Assembly: GCA_964637825.1 (NCBI GenBank)
Contig: CAZWXG010000005.1
Coordinates: 1-37,262 of the forward strand
Direction of reading: 5' to 3'
From: an uncultured Acidobacteriota bacterium
GTDB lineage: Bacteria; Acidobacteriota; UBA6911
Length of the DNA stretch: 37,262 bases
This document shows, one piece after another, positions 1 to 6,568 of this stretch (position 1 is the first letter of the stretch; each line of letters opens with the position of its first letter). Position numbers and translations under genes: made by a program. Below the pieces are notes generated by a model. It had not been told where the DNA came from. It saw only the letters and a program-made list of their open reading frames with translations, and searched no databases.

Positions 1-2
1 AG

Positions 3-632
3 TGGGGGGACGACGTCTGGATCAACGATCCCTACGGCCGCAACTTTGCCGGGCTACCGCCAGCCAAGTCCGGCGACTTCGCCTGGGTTCAACACATGGT
101 CAAGTCCATGGCCCGCAAGACCGGGCGCATGGCCGTGGTGCTTCCCCATGGCGTGCTGTTCCGCATGTCCAAGGAGGGCGAGATCCGCCGCAAGCTGCTG
201 GAGATGGACCTGCTCGAAGCGGTGATCGGTCTCGGCCAGAACATTTTCTACGGGACCGGTCTCGCGCCCTGTGTACTGGTCTTCCGGGACAGCAAGCCCA
301 AAGCCCACCGCCAGAAGGTGCTGTTCATCGACGCATCGAAAGAGTTCAAGACCGGCCGCGCCCAGAACGAACTGCTGCCCGAACACGTGGACAACATCCA
401 TCGCTGGTACGAGGGCTATCAGGATGTCGAAGGGGTCTGCCGGGTGGTCACGCTCGGCAAGATCCGCGAAAACGATTTCAACCTGAATATCCCCCGCTAC
501 GTGGAGCCGGTGATCGAGGAGGAATCGATGACCATCCACCAGACCATCGCCAATCTCAAGGATTCGCTGCAGGCGGCGTATGCGGCCGAGGATCGGCTGA
601 AAGATTTGCTGGTTCGGGAAGGCCTGTTGTGA
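3..632 (+). CDS. hsdM: Type I R-M N6-adenine DNA methyltransferase subunit (HsdM paralogue 1); 5' end lies outside the window
   Basis: Frame 3 is open from the window edge (WGDDVWINDPYGRNFAGLPPAKSGDFAWVQHMVKSM...) to TGA 630-632. Track ORF 96..632 is only the part from an internal Met. It has C-terminal HsdM hallmarks: AVVLPHGVLFR, GLGQNIFYGTGLAPCVLVF, VLFIDAS, NDFNLNIPRYVEP. It is colinear with the next gene, about 45% identical over about 165 residues in a hand alignment. Confidence 0.9.
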   Translation, partial: WGDDVWINDPYGRNFAGLPPAKSGDFAWVQHMVKSMARKTGRMAVVLPHGVLFRMSKEGEIRRKLLEMDLLEAVIGLGQNIFYGTGLAPCVLVFRDSKPKAHRQKVLFIDASKEFKTGRAQNELLPEHVDNIHRWYEGYQDVEGVCRVVTLGKIRENDFNLNIPRYVEPVIEEESMTIHQTIANLKDSLQAAYAAEDRLKDLLVREGLL

Positions 633-2215
633 AGGAAAACATTTCTCAATCCCAACTCGAATCCTATCTCTGGGGTGCCGCCACCTTGCTGCGTGGTTAC
701 ATCGACGCCGGCGACTACAAGCAGTTCATCTTCCCGCTGCTCTTCTACAAGCGCCTTTGCGACGTGTACGACGAGGAGATGTCCGATGCGCTGAATGAAT
801 CCGGCGGCGATCAGAAATACGCCGCGCTTCCTGAGCAGCACCGCTTCCAGATCCCGGAGGACGCCCGCTGGAGGGCCACCCGCACCAAGGTCAAAAACGT
901 GGGCAGGGCCATCCAGGACGCCCTGCGGGCGATTGAAACAGCCAACCCCGACACCCTGTACGGTGTTTTTGGTGATGCCCAGTGGACCAACAAGGACCGT
1001 CTGCCGGACCGAATGCTGCGCGAGCTTATCGAGCACTTCAGCTCGCGGACGCTTTCGCTCGCAAACTGCCCGGAGGATGAGTTGGGCGTGGGTTATGAGT
1101 TTCTGATCAAAAATTTCGCTGACGATTCCGGTCACACCGCTGCGGAGTTCTATACCAACCGCACCGTAGTCCATCTGATGACCGAGATGCTCGAACCCAA
1201 ACCGGGTGAGTCGATCTATGATCCCACCTGCGGTTCGGCGGGCATGCTGCTCTCCGCCGTCGCCCACCTGAAGCGGCAGAACAAGGAGTGGCGGAACCTG
1301 CGGCTATTCGGCCAGGAGCGCAACCTGCTCACCTCGGCCATCGGTCGGATGAACCTGTTCCTGCACGGCATCGAGGACTTCCGCATCGTCCGGGGCGATA
1401 CCCTGGCCAATCCCGCCTTTGTCGAAGGCGACCGGCTCATGCAGTTCGATGTGGTCCTGGCCAATCCGCCGTACTCCATCAAGCAGTGGGACCGCGATGC
1501 CTGGTCCGCCGATCCGTGGGGCCGGAACATCTACGGCACGCCGCCCCAGGGCCGCGCCGACTATGCCTTCTGGCAGCACATCATCAAGAGCATGAAGGCC
1601 AAGAGCGGCCGCTGCGCCATCCTGTTTCCGCATGGCGTGCTCTTCCGCAACGAAGAGTCGGCCATGCGCGAGAAGCTGGTCGCCCACGACGTGGTGGAGT
1701 GTGTGCTGGGCCTCGGTCCCAACCTCTTTTACAACTCGCCCATGGAAGCCTGCGTCGTCATCTGCCGGATGAACAAGCCCAAGGAGCGCAGGAAAAAGGT
1801 GCTCTTCATCAACGCGGTGAACGATGTGACCCGCGAGCGGGCGCAGAGCTTCCTCACCGACGACCACATCCAGCGCATTGTCGCCGCCTACCAGGCTTTC
1901 GGTGACGAGGACGGCTTTGCCCGGGTGGTCGGCAATGACGAGATCCGGGAGAAAGCCAGCAATCTCAGCATCCCGCTCTACGTGCGGGCGGACAACATAA
2001 ACGGCAATGGCAACGGCGCGGCCGAAACGGTCAGCCTCAAGCAGGCCATTGCGAACTGGCAGGAAAGCTCGATGGCATTGCGGGAGTCGATGGACGGTCT
2101 TTTTAAGGTACTTGAAAAAGGACTGTCCGCAGATGGGCGCAGATTAAAAACCGATTCAGAAAATCTGCGTGAATCTGCACAATCTGCGGATTCAATAGGG
2201 AGAACAGCTCAATGA
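629..2215 (+). CDS. hsdM: Type I R-M N6-adenine DNA methyltransferase subunit (HsdM paralogue 2), full length, 528 aa
   Basis: GTG 629 overlaps the upstream stop (GTGA), with GGGAAGG 8 nt upstream. The N-terminal domain reads SQLESYLWGAATLLRGYIDAGDYKQFIFPLLFYKRL (HsdM_N-like). Motif I is DPTCGSAGML and motif IV is LANPPYS. C-terminal matches are FPHGVLFR and NLSIPLYV. Codons 2-628 of track ORF 2..2215 are out-of-frame read-through of the upstream gene. Confidence 0.93.
   Translation: MKENISQSQLESYLWGAATLLRGYIDAGDYKQFIFPLLFYKRLCDVYDEEMSDALNESGGDQKYAALPEQHRFQIPEDARWRATRTKVKNVGRAIQDALRAIETANPDTLYGVFGDAQWTNKDRLPDRMLRELIEHFSSRTLSLANCPEDELGVGYEFLIKNFADDSGHTAAEFYTNRTVVHLMTEMLEPKPGESIYDPTCGSAGMLLSAVAHLKRQNKEWRNLRLFGQERNLLTSAIGRMNLFLHGIEDFRIVRGDTLANPAFVEGDRLMQFDVVLANPPYSIKQWDRDAWSADPWGRNIYGTPPQGRADYAFWQHIIKSMKAKSGRCAILFPHGVLFRNEESAMREKLVAHDVVECVLGLGPNLFYNSPMEACVVICRMNKPKERRKKVLFINAVNDVTRERAQSFLTDDHIQRIVAAYQAFGDEDGFARVVGNDEIREKASNLSIPLYVRADNINGNGNGAAETVSLKQAIANWQESSMALRESMDGLFKVLEKGLSADGRRLKTDSENLRESAQSADSIGRTAQ
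2126..2190 (+). promoter_or_regulatory. Array of five GCAGAT/ATCTGC motifs at about 10-bp spacing, able to form a nested hairpin, just upstream of the dinD SD and start
   Basis: TCCGCAGAT (2126-2134) and GCGCAGATT (2137-2145) lie on the top strand. Inverted copies are AATCTGCG (2162-2169), AATCTGCA (2172-2179) and AATCTGCGGA (2181-2190). 2126-2134 is the perfect reverse complement of 2182-2190. 2137-2145 pairs with 2162-2170 at 8/9 positions plus a G:U. The function is not established. Confidence 0.45.
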
Positions 2216-3084
2216 AACCAGAAACCGTTCAGAAACTGCAAAGCCGGTTTGACGCCCTGAGCCAGACCCTACCCGACGAAGGTATTGAATTCTGGTTCGC
2301 CCGCGATCTGATGGAACCTCTCGGCTATGCCCGCTGGGAAAACTTCCTGACCGCCATTAAGCGCGCCATAGAGTCTTGTGAAACAACGGGTTACAAAGCG
2401 GACGATCATTTTCGTGGCGTCACGAAAATGATCGAGATCGGCAAGGGTGGCCAGAGACCGGTGGAAGACTTCATGCTCACCCGCTACGCCTGCTATCTGA
2501 TAGCCCAGAACGGCGACCCACGCAAGGAACCCATCGCTTTTGCGCAGAGCTACTTTGCCATCCAGACCCGCAAGCAGGAACTGATCGAGGATCGGATGCG
2601 CCTGCAAGCCCGGCTTGATGCGCGGGAACGGCTGCGGGAGTCGGAAAAAACGCTATCCCAGAACATTTATGAGCGCGGCGTTGATGATGCCGGTTTCGGC
2701 CGGATTCGGTCCAAAGGAGATGCGGCGCTCTTTGGCGGGAATACAACCCAGGTGATGAAGGATCGCTACGGAATCACCAAAACACGCCCACTGGCCGACT
2801 TCCTACCGACCCTGACCATAGCCGCGAAAAACCTGGCCACCGAGATGACCAATCATAACGTACAACAGGAGGATCTGTGGGGCGAACACGCCATTACCAG
2901 CGAGCATGTGCAGAACAGCGTGAGTGTGCGCAACATGCTTGGACAACGCGGTATCAAGCCGGAAAAACTTCCACCAGAAGAGGACATCAAGAAGTTGGAA
3001 CGTCGGGTGAGATCTGATGAAAAACGACTGGAAAAACAGTCGGGAAAACTGCCTGTTCACATTCTCAAGGATGAAGAGAAATGA
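2212..3084 (+). CDS. dinD: DinD-family protein (DNA-damage-inducible protein D homologue), R-M-linked
   Basis: ATG 2212 overlaps the hsdM stop (ATGA), with AGGGAG at 2197-2202. Recognisable similarity to E. coli DinD along the N-terminal two thirds: ARDLMEPLGYARWENF, IESCETTGYKADDHF, MLTRYACYLIAQNGDPRKEPIAFAQSYFAIQTRKQEL, LFGGNTTQVMK. Confidence 0.85.
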   Translation: MKPETVQKLQSRFDALSQTLPDEGIEFWFARDLMEPLGYARWENFLTAIKRAIESCETTGYKADDHFRGVTKMIEIGKGGQRPVEDFMLTRYACYLIAQNGDPRKEPIAFAQSYFAIQTRKQELIEDRMRLQARLDARERLRESEKTLSQNIYERGVDDAGFGRIRSKGDAALFGGNTTQVMKDRYGITKTRPLADFLPTLTIAAKNLATEMTNHNVQQEDLWGEHAITSEHVQNSVSVRNMLGQRGIKPEKLPPEEDIKKLERRVRSDEKRLEKQSGKLPVHILKDEEK

Positions 3085-5408
3085 TCAAGCGAATTAATGT
3101 GCTAAAAGGAGTCGGCCGTTTTTCCGCACTGAACCCCATGCGAGGCACGGAAGGCAATTTTTCCAGTTTGAACGTGATTTACGCGAGCAATGCATGTGGG
3201 AAAAGTACCCTGTGCGATGTGTTCCGTTCTCTTGGTACCGGCAACCCCGCTTATGTAATCGGCCGAAAAAGACTTGGATCAGACGTGCAGCCAGAAGTTG
3301 TCGTTTTGCTAGAAGGTGGACAAGCAACCCGTTTCCATGACGCTCATTGGCATGAGCGTGATAATTGTCCGCCGATTCATGTCTATGATGACCGTTTTGT
3401 AGCAGAAAATGTTTTCATCGGGCATCACATCAGCGTTGATCAGCGCCGTAACTTATATGGGCTGGTAATCGGCGATCAAGCCATCGCATTGAAACAGGCT
3501 GTCGATACGGCAGAGCAGCAACTAAGCAACGCCACCGCTGAGGTCAATACTGCGCAATCAAACCTCACAAAGCTCATTCCCACTGGTCACACCATAGACT
3601 CGTTCAGAAATCTTGCCTCTGTAGATGATGTGGACACCAAAATCGATGAAGCAGCCAGCGATTTGAGGACAGCCGAACAAATAAAAACAAAAGCGGCTGC
3701 CATTCGGGCTCGCAGGCCACTGGCTACATTACCGATAGCTGAAGTTCCAGAGACATTGGATTGGGTATTGAGCTCGACACTCGATACAGCTTCTTTGGCT
3801 GCGGAAAAAAAGATCAGGAATCACCTCGCCGCCACCTCTCGAGGGCTTGCATTAAGCTGGGTCAAACAAGGTTTCGATGCTCAAAGCAGTACAGCTTGCC
3901 CACACTGTGGGCAGGATATGCAGGGTCTGGATATTCTGGATGCATATCGTTCGTTTTTCTCCGGCGAACTGCAAGCGCAGGAACAGCTTCGGGAATCAAC
4001 GAAGTCTGCTGTCCAGGGCGCATTTGGTGAAGCTGCGCAAAATCAGATTAGGCAAACCCTCACCTCTCACAAGACCGAACAGGACTGGTGGAAGGACGCT
4101 GCTGGTTTTGAATTTGTGTTACCGGAAATTGATGACATTGAAACCATAATCGCTTTGCTGCAAGCCGCTCATCAGGCGATAGATTCTGCATTGGCACGAA
4201 AGCAGGCAAACCCGGGAAGCGAAGCCCCCCTGACCGCTGAAGAGTCCGCCGCAGTAACTTCTTGGAATGAGAAGACTGCCGCACTAAAAGCGTACAATGA
4301 AGCTTTGACTAAGATAAACGGTGAACTACAAAATCGCCAGGCTAATGCTGGAGTGATTGATCTGTCACCGTTACAGCAAAGATTGACTGGATTGAATGCT
4401 GCCAAGAAACGGCATGAGCAGGTGACCGTAGATGCTTACGCAGCATACGATGTGGCTACCCGTCAGAAAACGACAGCTCAACAGGAGAAGCAACGAGCCA
4501 ACGAAGCGCTTCGTGAGCAATCCAATCAACTTTTCGAGCGTTATGGCGCACGAATTAATGAATTCTTGACGCTTTTTGGTGCGGATTTCCGAATTGTCAG
4601 TGACGGGGTAACCTTCAGGGGTGGTCCATCCGGTCAACTCGCGATCGAGCTAAGAGGAGAACGGGTTTCTGCTACACCAGAATCTGCGTCTGACCCATCT
4701 CAAGTTTCCCTAGCAAATACGCTCAGTGGCGGCGATCGCAGCGCATTGTCCCTCGCATTTTTCCTGGCCAAGGTGGAAATGGCGTCCGATGCAGGTAGAT
4801 CAGTCGTAGTTTTCGACGACCCCTATCATAATCAGGATCGCAGTCGCCGCCAATGTACTATCGAAAGAATTCATCACCTTGCCGGAATTGTTAATCAGTG
4901 CTTTGTGTTTTCGCATGACCTCGAATTCGCCCGAGCGGTTGAGAGGCGCCCCGGGACGCAAGCGAAGACCTTCGTCCTCAATCCACTCATTGCCCCGGCA
5001 ACCCTCGAAGCGCAGCCGTTTCCGCCTCTTCCCAGTCAAGCCTATTTGAAGAACTATCATCTCCTGCATAATTATTCGGAGAATCCCGCCGATCATCTTC
5101 AGCGCCTCAAAGAGGTAGCAGATACGCTTCGTATCATCTTGGAGGAGTACCTGCACCTTAAATTTCCTAAAGCATGGGTAGAGAACGATTGGCTGGGTGA
5201 CATGATTCGTAAAATTCGCGAAGCACAAACCGGAACGCCGCTATCACATTGCCAACCCTTGGTTGAGGAGCTTGCGCATATCAATACGTACAGCCAGCGT
5301 TTTCATCACGGCGGGACTGGCGAGGTCGCCGACGAACCAGAAGTCAGGGAGCTTAAGACTTATGTAGATAGAACTCTGAAAGTGATTCACGCGGGAGGGA
5401 ATATATGA
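3081..5408 (+). CDS. AAA_13-type ABC/SMC-like ATPase with coiled-coil insert and CxxC hook; RloC/PrrC-like candidate anticodon nuclease
   Basis: ATGA overlap with dinD. P-loop ASNACGKST (aa 35-43). Long helical, Q/A/E-rich insert (aa about 130-500) carrying CPHC (aa 273-276, nt 3897-3908). ABC signature LSGGD (aa 548-552). Walker B VVVFDDP (aa 575-581). H-loop FVFSHD. C-terminal domain of about 130 aa with LRIILEEY (R-x3-E) and downstream His residues (HINTYSQRFHHG), resembling the PrrC/RloC nuclease-domain arrangement as I recall it. Confidence 0.72.
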   Translation: MIKRINVLKGVGRFSALNPMRGTEGNFSSLNVIYASNACGKSTLCDVFRSLGTGNPAYVIGRKRLGSDVQPEVVVLLEGGQATRFHDAHWHERDNCPPIHVYDDRFVAENVFIGHHISVDQRRNLYGLVIGDQAIALKQAVDTAEQQLSNATAEVNTAQSNLTKLIPTGHTIDSFRNLASVDDVDTKIDEAASDLRTAEQIKTKAAAIRARRPLATLPIAEVPETLDWVLSSTLDTASLAAEKKIRNHLAATSRGLALSWVKQGFDAQSSTACPHCGQDMQGLDILDAYRSFFSGELQAQEQLRESTKSAVQGAFGEAAQNQIRQTLTSHKTEQDWWKDAAGFEFVLPEIDDIETIIALLQAAHQAIDSALARKQANPGSEAPLTAEESAAVTSWNEKTAALKAYNEALTKINGELQNRQANAGVIDLSPLQQRLTGLNAAKKRHEQVTVDAYAAYDVATRQKTTAQQEKQRANEALREQSNQLFERYGARINEFLTLFGADFRIVSDGVTFRGGPSGQLAIELRGERVSATPESASDPSQVSLANTLSGGDRSALSLAFFLAKVEMASDAGRSVVVFDDPYHNQDRSRRQCTIERIHHLAGIVNQCFVFSHDLEFARAVERRPGTQAKTFVLNPLIAPATLEAQPFPPLPSQAYLKNYHLLHNYSENPADHLQRLKEVADTLRIILEEYLHLKFPKAWVENDWLGDMIRKIREAQTGTPLSHCQPLVEELAHINTYSQRFHHGGTGEVADEPEVRELKTYVDRTLKVIHAGGNI

Positions 5409-6568
5409 GTTCCCTGAAGCCCGGCTGGAAGATGGTGAAGTTCGGCGAGGTGGTGAAGAACGCCAACCTCGTGGAGCGTGATTCCGAGGTAAATGGCGTC
5501 GAAAGAATAGTCGGGCTTGAACACATCGACCCCGAGAATCTGCACATTCGGCGCTGGAATTCCGTAGCAGATGGCACCTCGTTTACTCGCAAATTCGTAC
5601 TGGGCCAGACTCTCTTCGGCAAGCGCCGGGCCTATCAACGCAAGGTCGCCTATGCCGAGTTTGAAGGCATTTGCTCGGGGGACATCCTGACGTTCGAACC
5701 GAAGAATAGAAAGGTTCTACTGCCCGAGCTTCTGCCATTTATCTGCCAGAGCGATGCCTTTTTTGATCATGCACTTGGCACCTCAGCCGGTTCGCTGTCA
5801 CCGAGAACCAGTTGGACCGCATTGCAAGATTTTGAATTCCCGCTGCCACCGCTTGATGAACAGAAGCGCATTGCCGAGATCCTGTGGGCGGCGGATGAGG
5901 CGGTGGAGCAATGGCGATGCGTTTATTCAGTTCTAAACATATTGATATCCGTTCACAGAGTGGAATTTTTCTCCAGAAAGAATTGGCCAACAAAGAAGCT
6001 GAAAAACCTATTTTCCGTTCAACTTGGAAAAATGCTGTCACCAAAGGCCAAAACGGGAAATTCATCATTTCCATACTTGGCCAATTACAATGTCCAATGG
6101 GATCGTATTGATCTGGAAAAGGTCCAGGAAATGGACTTCTCTGAAAAAGAGCGTGAGAAGTTTGCACTGGCCCCAGGAGACATTCTTGTCTGTGAAGGGG
6201 GCGAGGTAGGACGCAGTGCAATATGGCATAGGGAAATTGCAAATTGCTACTACCAAAAGGCACTGCATCGACTTCGGCCTATTTCCCATTTCTCATCGGA
6301 AGTAATGCTGCAATTTATGATGTGGGCTGACAGGAAAGGATTATTCAAAGCTCTTACAGGACATTCCACCATAGCCCATCTAACTGCAATCAAATTTAAA
6401 GAAATGGATGTGCCTGTACCGTCTGATAAAGAACAAGCCCTCGTGGAGCTACTTTTCAGGGAGTTGAAGGCGGCGAGGCCCATAATATCAGAGCAAATCG
6501 CTAAGACGACGGAACTGAAGCAGTCGTTGTCATGTGGCCTGCTTAGTAATGGAGTTTGCCATGTTTAA
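5405..6568 (+). CDS. hsdS: Type I R-M specificity subunit HsdS (two target-recognition domains)
   Basis: ATGA overlap with the upstream gene, with GGGAGGG 5 nt upstream. TRD1 reads GWKMVKFGEVV...GDILTFEP. The central conserved helix reads LPPLDEQKRIAEILWAADEAVEQ. TRD2 reads WPTKKLKNLFSVQLGKMLSP...GDILVCEGGEVGRSAIW...YYQKALHRLRP. The distal conserved helix reads VPSDKEQALVELLFREL. Confidence 0.92.
   Translation: MSSLKPGWKMVKFGEVVKNANLVERDSEVNGVERIVGLEHIDPENLHIRRWNSVADGTSFTRKFVLGQTLFGKRRAYQRKVAYAEFEGICSGDILTFEPKNRKVLLPELLPFICQSDAFFDHALGTSAGSLSPRTSWTALQDFEFPLPPLDEQKRIAEILWAADEAVEQWRCVYSVLNILISVHRVEFFSRKNWPTKKLKNLFSVQLGKMLSPKAKTGNSSFPYLANYNVQWDRIDLEKVQEMDFSEKEREKFALAPGDILVCEGGEVGRSAIWHREIANCYYQKALHRLRPISHFSSEVMLQFMMWADRKGLFKALTGHSTIAHLTAIKFKEMDVPVPSDKEQALVELLFRELKAARPIISEQIAKTTELKQSLSCGLLSNGVCHV

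Noticed and set aside
2-628. N-terminal 209 codons of track ORF 2..2215 (would make a 737-aa HsdM)
   Set aside because: This stretch is the +2 frame of the upstream hsdM paralogue and reads as R/P/G-rich nonsense. HsdM_N-type sequence begins exactly at GTG 629, which has an SD and overlaps the upstream stop.
2000-2017. (AAYGGC)x3 microsatellite in hsdM2 encoding NGNGNG, considered as a phase-variation tract
   Set aside because: The repeat unit is a hexamer, so slippage stays in frame. Three units is too short to argue for contingency behaviour.
2100-2211. LexA/SOS box in front of dinD
   Set aside because: There is no CTGT-N8-ACAG palindrome and no GTTC-N7-GTTC direct repeat. The repeated element is GCAGAT/ATCTGC, which matches no LexA consensus I know.
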